Positions 9,557-19,638 of a stretch of 64,000 nucleotides of DNA are shown piece by piece. Positions within the stretch are counted from its first letter, which is position 1, and each line of letters starts with the position of its first letter. The notes beneath the pieces were generated by a model that did no database searches, was not told where the DNA came from, and saw only the letters and a program-made list of their open reading frames with translations. The position numbers were made by a program, and so were the translations under genes. This DNA comes from Promethearchaeati archaeon SRVP18_Atabeyarchaeia-1 (GTDB lineage Archaea; Asgardarchaeota; Atabeyarchaeia; Atabeyarchaeales; Atabeyarchaeaceae), in assembly GCA_037308085.1 (NCBI GenBank), contig CP147779.1:1312001-1376000 (forward strand). The letters are read 5' to 3'.

Positions 9557-11209
9557 ATGGTGATCAGAATGAGGAAGCCAGTGAGCGATGCCCTGCTAGG
9601 GCGAACAGAAAAGGTTCCCACATCGATGATACGCATGGGCCTGATGAAGGGGCTAGGTTTGTCGGATGACGACATCCGAAACAAGCCATTCATTGGAATA
9701 GCCAATTCATTCTTCGAGTTCAATCCCGGACATACTCATCTGAGGCAGATATCCGAATGGGTCAAAAGTGGTATTTGGGAGGGCGGAGGTGTACCCTTCG
9801 AATTCGGGGTTCCCGGACCTTGCGATGGCATGCCCAATGGACTTGAAGGCATGAGATACATACTTCCTCTCAGAGATCTCATAGCAGACAGTATTGAGTT
9901 GATGATGCGGGCGCACTACTTTGATGGGTTGGTCGTCGTGACAAGTTGCGACAAGATCAACCCTGCGGCACTAATGGCTGCAGGTAGGCTGGACATACCA
10001 ACAATCATCGTGACTGGTGGTCCGTCATTCATGGCCGTAGAGTTTGCCCCTGAGAGAGTCATAGATCCGATGAAGATGGATCCAAGGCAGATCATTGAAA
10101 CCGTCACGTGTGCAACCTGTGGCGCCTGCGAAATAGCTGGAACCGCGTCGACAGGCCAATGTCTTATGGAAGCTTTAGGCATGTCGCTTCCAGGCTCGGG
10201 AACAATACCTGCTGTCCACACGTCCAGGTTAGCCCTATCTAAGGAGTCGGGTAAGACCATTGTCAAGATGGTTGAGGAGAATCTGACTCCGTCAAAGATA
10301 ATGACATACGACGCGTTTGAAAATGCAATCATGGCTCTGATGGCTATTGGCGGATCAACGAATTATGTTATACACTTGCCCGCAGTTGCCCACGAGCTCG
10401 GCATCAAGCTTGAAATCGGACTCTTTGACAAGGTATCAAAGACTGTACCATGCCTTTGTGGTATCTACCCAAGTGGCTCAAATACGATCCTCGACTTGTA
10501 CAAGGCAGGGGGCATGATGGGCGTCCTAAAGAGAATTGAAGCAACGCTCCACAAGGACTGCCTAACTGTAAGCGGGAAGACAATTGGAGAAGTCATCAAG
10601 AATGGGCGAGTGACAAACGAAGCCGTCATTAGACCACTCGAGAAACCTTTCCATCCACAAGGGGGAATCGCGATACTGAGCGGGAATATAGCTCCAGAAG
10701 GTGCGGTCGTTAAGCAGTCGGCGGTTCCGGAGAACATGTACGTTTTCCAAGGGAGGGCGAGATGCTTCAACGCAGAGGAAGACGCTATCGAAGCAATTCT
10801 GAAGAAGTATGTGAAGGCGGGCGATGTCATGGTCATTCGCTACGAGGGCCCGAGGGGAGGGCCTGGCATGAGGGAGATGCTCTCAGTAACGACCTCGCTC
10901 CAAATGTATGGGCTAGACAAATCAGTGGCGCTCGTAACAGATGGGAGATTCTCAGGTGTCTCGGGAGGGCCTGCGATAGGTCATGTCAGTCCGGAAGCTG
11001 CGAGCGGGGGGCCGATCGCCATAATAGTTGATGGAGACACAATCAAGATCGATATCCCGAATAGAAAACTCGAACTAGATGTGCCGCAGGCAGAGATCAG
11101 ATCTAGGCTTCAGAAATGGAAGCCACTGAAACCGAAGGTGAACAAGGGCTACATGGTAAGATACACTAGACAAGTCGCATCGGCTTCAATAGGCGCGTAC
11201 CTAGAGTAA
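9557..11209 (+). CDS. ilvD: Dihydroxy-acid dehydratase (IlvD/Edd family; possibly a sugar-acid dehydratase)
   Basis: PCDG, SCDKINP, GGSTN, YEGPRGGPGMREM, TDGRFSG and GHVSPEA motifs. Confidence 0.9.
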   Translation: MVIRMRKPVSDALLGRTEKVPTSMIRMGLMKGLGLSDDDIRNKPFIGIANSFFEFNPGHTHLRQISEWVKSGIWEGGGVPFEFGVPGPCDGMPNGLEGMRYILPLRDLIADSIELMMRAHYFDGLVVVTSCDKINPAALMAAGRLDIPTIIVTGGPSFMAVEFAPERVIDPMKMDPRQIIETVTCATCGACEIAGTASTGQCLMEALGMSLPGSGTIPAVHTSRLALSKESGKTIVKMVEENLTPSKIMTYDAFENAIMALMAIGGSTNYVIHLPAVAHELGIKLEIGLFDKVSKTVPCLCGIYPSGSNTILDLYKAGGMMGVLKRIEATLHKDCLTVSGKTIGEVIKNGRVTNEAVIRPLEKPFHPQGGIAILSGNIAPEGAVVKQSAVPENMYVFQGRARCFNAEEDAIEAILKKYVKAGDVMVIRYEGPRGGPGMREMLSVTTSLQMYGLDKSVALVTDGRFSGVSGGPAIGHVSPEAASGGPIAIIVDGDTIKIDIPNRKLELDVPQAEIRSRLQKWKPLKPKVNKGYMVRYTRQVASASIGAYLE

Positions 11210-11242
11210 TCGACTCGATAACGTCAGACCGGGGGGTCACAA

Positions 11243-13855
11243 GTGGTGTCCGAGGGTCTCGACCAGAAAACGAAAAAGGGCAAAGCTTCTGAAAGAGAAG
11301 GGTATTCGACCGTATACTTCGTCAATCATTCTCACATGGACAATAGCTGGGGTGGCACTCCGAGAGATTGCCTAGAAAAGAATCTGGCCATAATAGAAGA
11401 AGTTGTCAAATCCTGCGAGCTTTTCCCTGACTTCTACTTCTCCATGGAGAATGTCTATCCTCTTCAGGAGTTCGCCAGAAGGTACCCGGAACAGCTAAAC
11501 AGAATCGATAAACTCATCAAAGGAGGCAAGCTGGAGGTCGGCGGAGCATACGTCCATCCGACTGTGGACTATTGTTTTGACGAGCTGATAGCGAGAAACT
11601 TCTCCTTGGGCAAAGCTTGGTTGAAACAGACCTTCAGCTATGATACGAAGGTCGTACTCGAAGAGGATACTCCTGGGCATACTTTGCAGACACCCCAGTT
11701 GCTGAAGAGAGCGGGCGTTAGGTATTACAAGATCTCCCGCGGTCCGCCCTCAATATTCTATTGGGTTAGCCCAGACGGATCGGCCGTATTGACGTATCTG
11801 GCAGAGTATTCTTGGTCTCATCACTCTCTTCTCGGCTACTCGTCAGAAGAGACAGTGAAGAGATTGCCGGGCGAAATCGAGAAGGCGAGGAGTAACTACA
11901 GAATTACCAACTTGATGATACCGGACGGAGACGACTGGACCTCTCCGAATCTGACACTTCTTGAGATAATCAGAACTTGGAATGAGACTAAGGGGAAGCC
12001 TTTGCTGAAGCTCGGGACAGTTACTGAATTTCTTTCGTCCGTCGAGAGAGAGCAGAGCATTCCAGTTGTGACTGGGGATATGCCCAATCTCTGGGTGGGC
12101 GTCGCGGCAGTGCAGGCTGATACAATCAGGAGGCTCAGAAGAATCCAGAACATCATCTTTTCGGCTGAGGAATTCATGGCCATAAGTAGCCTGCTCGGCA
12201 GTGACCACAACTACAAGGACATTCAAGACGCGTGGCGACTGGCACTCCTCGTAGCCGATCACAACTGGGGCGGGAAAGAGCCAGGAGAATACGGGGAATT
12301 CTGCGATGAGGAAAAAGCGAGGTACGTGAAACAAGCGGCGACACTCTGCATGAAACAGTTGGAGAAGGCACTTGAAAGCATAACATCGAGAGTAGATACG
12401 ACGTCATCTGACAAGGATGAGGTGCCACTAATAGTCTTCAACCAGCTCCCTTGGAAACGAAGTGACCTTGTTGAATTTGAGGTCGACACCGGAGCAGATC
12501 CGATGAAAATCCAGATCCGAAGCCAAGACGGGACCTATATCCCATCGCAGGCAAGCATAATCACTAGCGATGATGAGAGAAGGAAGATTCATGTGGCCTT
12601 TGTCGCCGATGAGGTCCCTCCGGCTGGCTACAAGACATACTTCATAGATTTCAACGGCAGCTCGGAGAAGGTCGAATCACTGCTCAACGCGGAAAGAAAC
12701 GTCATAGAAAACAGATTCTACAGGGTTGAGATCGATCCCAGAGGTCGCGGAATAGCACGGTTCCTAGATAAGGAAAGAGGGGTCGAGATCGGCGGCGAGA
12801 GAGAATGTTCACTTGGACCACTTAGATTCAGTTTCATACTGAATGAACTCTTCGGCATGGGATTGAGACTCAACGTAAGAAAGATACCAACGGTCTTGGA
12901 CAGAACCAACGACTTGATAACAGTTGTCCCAACAGGCGAATTCTTCAGAGCAGGTGACTTTCCCTGCAATATAACGGTAATCGAGAATGGACCAGTTAAG
13001 GCGACTATACTCATAGAAGGTAAGTTCATAGACTCGGTTAAGAGGCAGGAAATCACACTATATGATAAGTTGAACCGTGTGGACTTGAAAACAAGTATCG
13101 ACTGGTCGGGAAAGAACTTCGTGGCACTGATGCTCACTTTTCCACTCAACTTAGAGAGCTCAAGCAACACCGTTGTGAACGTTCCTTACGGCGCAGTGAA
13201 CTTGACCGATGTCGCGCCCGGCTTCTGGGTCAAACCGTCTGATCCGATCCAGTTCAAGGTAAGAGGGGTTCAGCATTGGATTGATAACGCTGACAGCGGT
13301 GGCGGTGCGATGCTATCGACTAACTGGCCATGTTTCGATTTCACAATGACTACGTCCGCAGTTGTCTTGTGGGCAATGGACAGCGAGAACAGCTTCTTCA
13401 GCGGGCAACGTTACAGGCAGAAGGGAATCCATACTTTGGTCTTCTCTTTGATGCCACATCAAGGTGGGTGGCGAATGGCGCAAGCATACAAGAATGGACT
13501 GAGCACTACGTTTCCGCTGATTCCCGTCATGACATCGCAGCACTCAGCATTCCTCCCAAGAGAAATGAGTTTCATGAAGATCGAAGGATCTAACATAGTC
13601 GTCACAGCCCTCAAGAAAGCAGATGACGACAGAGGATACATACTGAGAGTATACGAAGCTGAAGGAAAGGAGAGGAGCTTCACAATCGAGTTCTACCGAG
13701 ACGTAAAAGAATGCTGGGAGACGAATCTACTCGAAGAAGACGTTAAAGGGCTGACATTCTACAAGAAGCAGGTAGACCTGCGAATCTCTCCCTACGAGAT
13801 CAAGACGATAAGAATTCTATTCAAGGAGAGCGGGGGAACAACAGTTCAACAGTGA
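11243..13855 (+). CDS. Glycoside hydrolase family 38 (alpha-mannosidase-like)
   Basis: HSHMD Zn site, EVGG, DTPGH nucleophile region, VFNQLPWKRS, and C-terminal LKKADD..YILRVYE...PYEIKT. Confidence 0.88.
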   Translation: MVSEGLDQKTKKGKASEREGYSTVYFVNHSHMDNSWGGTPRDCLEKNLAIIEEVVKSCELFPDFYFSMENVYPLQEFARRYPEQLNRIDKLIKGGKLEVGGAYVHPTVDYCFDELIARNFSLGKAWLKQTFSYDTKVVLEEDTPGHTLQTPQLLKRAGVRYYKISRGPPSIFYWVSPDGSAVLTYLAEYSWSHHSLLGYSSEETVKRLPGEIEKARSNYRITNLMIPDGDDWTSPNLTLLEIIRTWNETKGKPLLKLGTVTEFLSSVEREQSIPVVTGDMPNLWVGVAAVQADTIRRLRRIQNIIFSAEEFMAISSLLGSDHNYKDIQDAWRLALLVADHNWGGKEPGEYGEFCDEEKARYVKQAATLCMKQLEKALESITSRVDTTSSDKDEVPLIVFNQLPWKRSDLVEFEVDTGADPMKIQIRSQDGTYIPSQASIITSDDERRKIHVAFVADEVPPAGYKTYFIDFNGSSEKVESLLNAERNVIENRFYRVEIDPRGRGIARFLDKERGVEIGGERECSLGPLRFSFILNELFGMGLRLNVRKIPTVLDRTNDLITVVPTGEFFRAGDFPCNITVIENGPVKATILIEGKFIDSVKRQEITLYDKLNRVDLKTSIDWSGKNFVALMLTFPLNLESSSNTVVNVPYGAVNLTDVAPGFWVKPSDPIQFKVRGVQHWIDNADSGGGAMLSTNWPCFDFTMTTSAVVLWAMDSENSFFSGQRYRQKGIHTLVFSLMPHQGGWRMAQAYKNGLSTTFPLIPVMTSQHSAFLPREMSFMKIEGSNIVVTALKKADDDRGYILRVYEAEGKERSFTIEFYRDVKECWETNLLEEDVKGLTFYKKQVDLRISPYEIKTIRILFKESGGTTVQQ

Positions 13856-13881
13856 CATGGACATCAGATTGACCAGGATGG

Positions 13882-14628
13882 ATGCGCCAAATGAGCGAAT
13901 TGGGAGACTTTGTAAGCCTCAAGGAGTTCGATGGAGGCCAAGGCTGGTACGCTAAGGTCCACGCTGATGGTTTGAGGTTCCTGAAGATCTTCGAGCGCAT
14001 TCCCTTCGAGAAACTCGAACAGGTGGCCCGATTCATGGGAGGCCAGATCACGGACAGAAAACCCTACGAGAGCGTGGCATGGGCTATTCAAGTTCGTCCC
14101 CTGCCCGATCTCGAGGTCTTGCTCATGCTCTCCCTGGACCCCGAGTTTGGGAACGATTTCTTTACGTACTACTCGAGATGCGCCCTAGGTCGAGTGCCAA
14201 CCGAGGATACCATCGCATACACTTGGGTCTACATGGCGTTACTAGCTTGGGAAGCCAAGAGAATCCTGGGCGAACCAGAACCCAAATATGAGAAGGAAGA
14301 GATGGCTGAGGCGTTCCTAGACGAGCGTCTCAAAGTGTTTGGTTACATTGATCCACAAACCGCGGAGAAGGTAGCTGAGATCATCGGAGGCGCAAGCAAG
14401 CAAGCAGAGGACGCCACATGGACAATCGAGAAGGAACCTGTTCCAGGCTTCAAAATCAGATATCTCCTGAAGGACCAGAGGGGACAGATCACATATGACA
14501 GAAACATGGTTGAGCAGTTTCATTACTTCCATGACTTCCTCTGGCTATACTGCAACGCGATAATCAGAGAATCAAGAAAGATACTCGGCGACAGAATACC
14601 AAAATTGTCGGCCTCGGGAATTCTCTAG
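13882..14628 (+). CDS. DUF3786-like protein (apparently internally duplicated)
   Basis: SLKEFDGG..WY, MGG, RPLP, DPEF and PTED pattern typical of DUF3786; the second half repeats IGG...W.I...PVP. Start may be ATG 13891. Confidence 0.55.
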   Translation: MRQMSELGDFVSLKEFDGGQGWYAKVHADGLRFLKIFERIPFEKLEQVARFMGGQITDRKPYESVAWAIQVRPLPDLEVLLMLSLDPEFGNDFFTYYSRCALGRVPTEDTIAYTWVYMALLAWEAKRILGEPEPKYEKEEMAEAFLDERLKVFGYIDPQTAEKVAEIIGGASKQAEDATWTIEKEPVPGFKIRYLLKDQRGQITYDRNMVEQFHYFHDFLWLYCNAIIRESRKILGDRIPKLSASGIL

Positions 14629-14842
14629 AGCCAACTAAGAAACATGTTGCCCAAGATCGCCTTCAAGAAATGTCCACCTATGCGCCAAGCTCACTAGCAA
14701 GTGGGGTATGTTGCAGACACGCGAAGAGGTAGCACTCTTAAATAGCTGTGTGAGCCTATCTCGAATTTGGGGTCTATTGGATCTGCTTTTTGCGGACCTC
14801 ATCGCCAGAGTGGCGCTGTCTGCGAGATAGGGAGGGAAGGAT

Positions 14843-15937
14843 ATGTCGGTAATAAAGAGTATTGATCTCAAGGAGGATGAATATGCATTCTACGGCAAGA
14901 AACATGTAATTGAACTCAAGGTTTCACCGGGGGGTGCAGAGCTGTTCTTTGACGGCAGGAAGGTGTCCTCAGGAAAGCTCTCGCGAGAATTTCGTAGCAT
15001 ATTCACCATCGAAGACAAAGGAAAGCAAGAATCTTATGAGGTTATAGTAAAGGAAGAACCGCATGTACAGGTAGGATTGGAGGTTGTCGCAAGAGTTGCG
15101 ACCCCCGCTGACATTCCCGGAGGACATACCCGCCTTGAGCGACACCTTGGGCCCCATCCTGGGCCGCCGGTTGTCCCAGATTTGAAGGTGACGAGAATAC
15201 TAAAAGCTGCGGTTATCCGCGATGGTAAAAAAGCTGCGGTTATCCGCGATGGTAAGATTGTTTACAATGAAGGACTTCTAATAACATCAACAGATCTGAA
15301 GGAATTTCAACAGATTCTCCAACTGAGAGATAAGGGAGTGAAGTATGGCTACTGCTCCAAGTGTGATCTAGCAATTCCACTTCCGGACTCAAGATACTGC
15401 CCGAACTGTGGCGCAGAGACAGAGCCAATTTTCCCTGGCGAGAATCCCGTTCCTAGTTCGACTACAGCTCAGGAACTTGGTAGCCAAACTGCGGGAAACG
15501 GGCGGGAAGAATCATGCGCTGTGTGCAAGGAGAATTTTGAGCGCGGTGACTACGTCGCATGGTGCCCATATTGCGGAAAACCAGCCCACAAGATTGAGTT
15601 AATCAAATGGCTCAACGAAAAGAGACGTTGCCCATCCTGTGAACAACAACTCGACGGAAAGAAGATCGAAGATCTGTTGCAGATAGTTCCCTCCAGCCCC
15701 ACTATGCTTAACGCTCCTCATGGCAGCACGGCGGAGGGAAGGGCGACGAGAGGCGTCGACATCCTTGATGTGAAACGGAAGCTACTGGGCGTGTGCATTG
15801 TCTGCGGTGAGAAGGTGTACGAGGGGGATCAAGTCGCACGTTGCCCACACTGTCGGGGGATTGCCCATAGAGGTGATCTTCTGGAGTGGGCACACGTCAA
15901 GGGCCAATGCCCGTCATGCGGCAAGAAGCTAGATTAG
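14843..15937 (+). CDS. Zinc-ribbon plus tandem RING/PHD-like zinc-finger protein
   Basis: CSKC..CPNC ribbon; two copies of CxxC-x12-CPxC-x4-H-x2-(E/D)-x3-W-x6-CPSC; GGAGGG RBS. Confidence 0.8.
   Translation: MSVIKSIDLKEDEYAFYGKKHVIELKVSPGGAELFFDGRKVSSGKLSREFRSIFTIEDKGKQESYEVIVKEEPHVQVGLEVVARVATPADIPGGHTRLERHLGPHPGPPVVPDLKVTRILKAAVIRDGKKAAVIRDGKIVYNEGLLITSTDLKEFQQILQLRDKGVKYGYCSKCDLAIPLPDSRYCPNCGAETEPIFPGENPVPSSTTAQELGSQTAGNGREESCAVCKENFERGDYVAWCPYCGKPAHKIELIKWLNEKRRCPSCEQQLDGKKIEDLLQIVPSSPTMLNAPHGSTAEGRATRGVDILDVKRKLLGVCIVCGEKVYEGDQVARCPHCRGIAHRGDLLEWAHVKGQCPSCGKKLD
15202..15255 (+). repeat. Exact 27-bp tandem duplication (KAAVIRDGK x2)
   Basis: AAAAGCTGCGGTTATCCGCGATGGTAA twice, head to tail. 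Confidence 0.95.
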
Positions 15938-16146
15938 CAGAGATTCTTGGAATCCATACAATGGACACTCCGGATCCATTCATTCTCGTGATTGCCTTTG
16001 GTTGACTGGTGCAGCGATAATCAGAGAATGCTGTTACTTTGCTAGCCGCGATATTGCCTGCAATTATTCGCAATCAAGAAGCTGGGCAGTGCAGGAGATT
16101 GATACAAAAAAGCGAGGGATTCTATTCTCTGCAGATTTGTCTCGCC

Positions 16147-16551
16147 TCAGGATTGTCTAAAGGACAAGCCAAGCCCCTTGGCAATGTATCCGTCGACAAA
16201 AGCGTACACGAGTATCAAGCCTACCTGAATTACTATGCCTGGGAAGTACGTGAGTAGGAATATCGACGGGAAGTTGGCTACGAAAAGTATGATGAATAGG
16301 GAGAATCCATGCACGAGCATAGTTGCTACCCCCGCCTCGATATGAGCGTCCCATATTCCTGACGTTAGAATAGTGTTGATTGCACCCATCATTAGGAAGA
16401 GCACTCCGAAAGCAAGAACTAGCCCTATGATGTATCCGAGAGCTAGGAACACCGCTAGCATGAATACCCAAAGGATCGATACAAACGATAGCATGATGGA
16501 GAACGAGATTCCATGTATGAAGTACTTGAATAAATCCCCCGGGGTTTCCAC
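16147..16551 (-). CDS. Small 4-TM hypothetical membrane protein
   Basis: 134-aa hydrophobic ORF with a repeated HG(I/F)S motif; TTTATAAG promoter-like site upstream near 16590. Confidence 0.65.
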   Translation of the reverse strand: METPGDLFKYFIHGISFSIMLSFVSILWVFMLAVFLALGYIIGLVLAFGVLFLMMGAINTILTSGIWDAHIEAGVATMLVHGFSLFIILFVANFPSIFLLTYFPGIVIQVGLILVYAFVDGYIAKGLGLSFRQS

Positions 16552-16985
16552 TTTTTGGCACCGTTATCATTACGGGTAATATCAGCTTATAAAGATGTTG
16601 CTTTCAGCAAACGATCAGTCTATCGCACCAGTTGACGGCGCAGCCTAAACTCATGATTTGTGTCATCGCCGGATCAAAAAAACGCTTGTGGGCACATGCC
16701 TCCAAGAGTCAATTAAACATCGGAGAGCCTTATTATCGGGGCGTACAATCTGGCTTTGATTGCTCTAATCGCTAAAGCGAACCTAATTGCAGAAGAACTG
16801 TAAGATGAGCCAAGTCCCAGTCAGCTATTCCTGGAAAGATGAATGATACGTAGCTTTCTCAAGCGTATTTCAGAAGGATAATCCTTAATTTGTGCGAGGT
16901 CGTCAGTTCATATGTCCCCTTACTGACAGGGAGGCACTATTCTAGAACCTGTTTGATTGGTTTTGGCTCGTTATAGTCGGTCTAG

Positions 16986-18197
16986 GTGGTCAATTTGATA
17001 AAGATAACTCAAAGGGCTAATGGCATAGAGTACGCGATTAGAGATGTAATAGTTGCAGCGAAGGAGGTAGAGAAGCAGGGGAAGAAGGTTCTCTACTTCA
17101 ACATAGGCGATCCTGTGGCCTACGGATTTGATACTCCTGACTTTGTCAAGGAGGCATTGTATGACGCTACTCTAAAGCATTACAACGGTTACGCTGATAC
17201 TCAGGGTGTACTCCCTCTAAGGCAGGCTGTCTGCGAGAGAGAGAAAAGAGTGAATGGAGTCGACTACGTTCCAGACGACATCATGGTTACGTCTGGCACA
17301 GCCGAAGGAATAAACTTCCTCCTAGGAGCAATAGTCGAACCGGGAGAAGAAGTGCTTCTACCTGGTCCCACGTATCCGCAGTACCTTGCAGTCACCAGAT
17401 TCTATGGTGGAAAACCCGTCACTTACAGAAATATCGAGGCGGAAGGATGGAGACCTGACGTCGACGATCTGAGAAAGAAGATAACAAAGAAGACGAGGGC
17501 CGTTGTGCTGATTAACCCAAACAACCCGACTGGCGCGCACGCCGACGAGAAAACCGTGAAAGAGATCATTGATGTGTGTGCCGAACGTAATGTACTGTTG
17601 ATCTCGGATGAGATCTACGACGTACTAGTCTTTGAGAGAAAAGGATTCAGCACCGCTGCGGTTGCAAAGGATGTACCTATTATCGTTTCTAACGGAATGT
17701 CAAAGACCTATGTAGCACCAGGATGGAGAATTGGCTGGACGATGTTCCACCAGCCAAAAGGAGAACTGAAAGGACTGCAGGATGCCCTAATGAAAGAAGC
17801 TAGGATCAGGCTGAGTGCAAATGCTCCATGCCAATATGCATCCGCTGAAGCGCTGCGCGGGCCACAGGACCACATACCAAAGATGGTCCAGGAACTCAGG
17901 AAGCGAAGAGACATCATGGTTAAGAGATTCAACGAGATGCCAGGGCTGAGTTGCACCAAACCAGAAGGCGCCTTCTACGCTTTCCCGAAAGTCGACATTG
18001 ACAAGAAAAGATGGAAAGACGACAAGGACTTCGTCCTGGACCTACTTAAGAAAACCGGCATCCTCTTCGTGTATGGGTCCGGATTCGATCCAACCTACGG
18101 ATCTGGGCACTTCAGGACGGTAATACTTCCCCCAGTTGACATGATTAACGAGGCGATGAGTAGGCTGGAAGAATACATGCGACGAAGCAAAGCCTAA
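16986..18197 (+). CDS. Class I/II PLP aminotransferase (alanine aminotransferase AlaA-like)
   Basis: YAIRD, FNIGDP, INPNNPTG, SDEIYD, NGMSKTY..PGWRIGW and PEGAFY motifs. Confidence 0.9.
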   Translation: MVNLIKITQRANGIEYAIRDVIVAAKEVEKQGKKVLYFNIGDPVAYGFDTPDFVKEALYDATLKHYNGYADTQGVLPLRQAVCEREKRVNGVDYVPDDIMVTSGTAEGINFLLGAIVEPGEEVLLPGPTYPQYLAVTRFYGGKPVTYRNIEAEGWRPDVDDLRKKITKKTRAVVLINPNNPTGAHADEKTVKEIIDVCAERNVLLISDEIYDVLVFERKGFSTAAVAKDVPIIVSNGMSKTYVAPGWRIGWTMFHQPKGELKGLQDALMKEARIRLSANAPCQYASAEALRGPQDHIPKMVQELRKRRDIMVKRFNEMPGLSCTKPEGAFYAFPKVDIDKKRWKDDKDFVLDLLKKTGILFVYGSGFDPTYGSGHFRTVILPPVDMINEAMSRLEEYMRRSKA

Positions 18198-18210
18198 GAA
18201 AGAAGGCTGG

Positions 18211-18241
18211 AGAGGAGATGTGACTCCTCCTAATCTCCTCT
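18211..18241. terminator. Inverted repeat between convergent genes
   Basis: AGAGGAGAT (18211-18219) pairs with ATCTCCTCT (18233-18241). Confidence 0.5.
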
Positions 18242-18257
18242 GATTTGGTGGCTGCAA

Positions 18258-18800
18258 TCATCGTTTCTTCGCGAGTTTCTCTGCCCGCACTGCGAATCGT
18301 CCCACCAGCGCTATCATGATCTGAGCAAGAACAGATAGTATCAGTATCGGTATGGCAATGAATATCACTTCAAGGAAGAGATATCCGCTGACAACGTTGA
18401 GTATTGCATATTTCCATACCAAGTAATACCCATAGAAGACGGCTGATCCAAATAGGATGGTGGATAGAGCGAAGAGGAACAAGAGTGCCTTTGCTTCGGA
18501 CGCGACTCTAGTTAGCTTCCTGAACTCCGGGGTAAGTAGCTTGTCTTGAAGTCTCTGATCCAGTTTTATGAAGAAAGCAGCAAACACTATTATTATCATG
18601 AGCCCTACGCTGATTGCCAAAAGGGCTAAGAAGAGCTCTATATCGAATGTTATACCCACAAGTATCCCAGACGCCGCGATAACATGAGGCACAATTGAAC
18701 CCAAGATCATGAGGAGCGCTATTATCTCAAGTGCGACAGTAATCGTCACAGCTGCCCCAAATACATTCTTTAGATCTATTTTCTCAGAAGCCTTCGACAT
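18258..18800 (-). CDS. Hypothetical 4-TM protein (paralog of 18988-19539)
   Basis: Shares ALE..A, TR..SEAKALLFLF and LAQI.IALVGRFA.RA with the neighbouring ORF. Confidence 0.8.
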   Translation of the reverse strand: MSKASEKIDLKNVFGAAVTITVALEIIALLMILGSIVPHVIAASGILVGITFDIELFLALLAISVGLMIIIVFAAFFIKLDQRLQDKLLTPEFRKLTRVASEAKALLFLFALSTILFGSAVFYGYYLVWKYAILNVVSGYLFLEVIFIAIPILILSVLAQIMIALVGRFAVRAEKLAKKR

Positions 18801-18987
18801 GCCTACTCCCTCTCTTCAAATCAAATGCCTAAGTTAACAAGAATTGGAGTAATCCCAGTGTCTATAAATAGATTGTGTACTGCCCAGCACGGCAAATGTC
18901 ATCGAGAAAGAAGGCAAAAGAAAAGGAGTTGCGAAGATCACTTGGGCGGCAAAGCCCATTTCCTCGCCCCCTTTCCATGCAATGGCA

Positions 18988-19539
18988 CTAGCGTTCTGTG
19001 GTCTTCGTTGCTCTCAGGGCGAACCTCCCCACCAATGCTATCACAATCTGGGCAAGGAGCGAAACAAGGAAAATGCCAACGGCAAGAGACAGGACCGTTA
19101 GCGAGAGAAATCCGCCCACTGCAGGACCTAAGGCATAGAGCCAGAGTAAAACATATCCATAGATACCTGCCGAGCAAAGGAATATCAAAGACAGCCCAAA
19201 GAGAAACAGCAATGCCTTAGCCTCCGACGTTGCCCTTGTGAGGTTGCCGATCTTCGACGTAAGTATCTTCTCTTGGAGTCTCTCATTTCCCCTTATAAAG
19301 AATCCCGCGAAAACTATCAGGATCAGAAATCCGATGCCGCTCGCTACGAGTAACAGGAGGATCTGGATGTCAATGGTTATGACTTGGAGAAGGCCTGAAT
19401 TGGAAACCGTGAAAGCAACAAGTGCGCCAATGATTATCAGAATCGCCAGCAACTCGAGGGCGAAAGTCGCCGTAACCGCGAATGAGAATACCCGGCTCAG
19501 TCGTGGTCCTTCTCTCTTCTTTTTAGCCTCTTGACTCAT
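18988..19539 (-). CDS. Hypothetical 4-TM protein (paralog of 18258-18800)
   Basis: Same shared motifs; TATA-like TTATATA upstream at about 19612-19618. Confidence 0.8.
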   Translation of the reverse strand: MSQEAKKKREGPRLSRVFSFAVTATFALELLAILIIIGALVAFTVSNSGLLQVITIDIQILLLLVASGIGFLILIVFAGFFIRGNERLQEKILTSKIGNLTRATSEAKALLFLFGLSLIFLCSAGIYGYVLLWLYALGPAVGGFLSLTVLSLAVGIFLVSLLAQIVIALVGRFALRATKTTER

Positions 19540-19638
19540 ATCTAGGAAACACCAACCTGTTCAGTAAGTATTCTTCAGCATGAATTACTACACCTATACT
19601 CGGATCAAAGCTATATAAGAATAGCCGTTTCTAAAACC

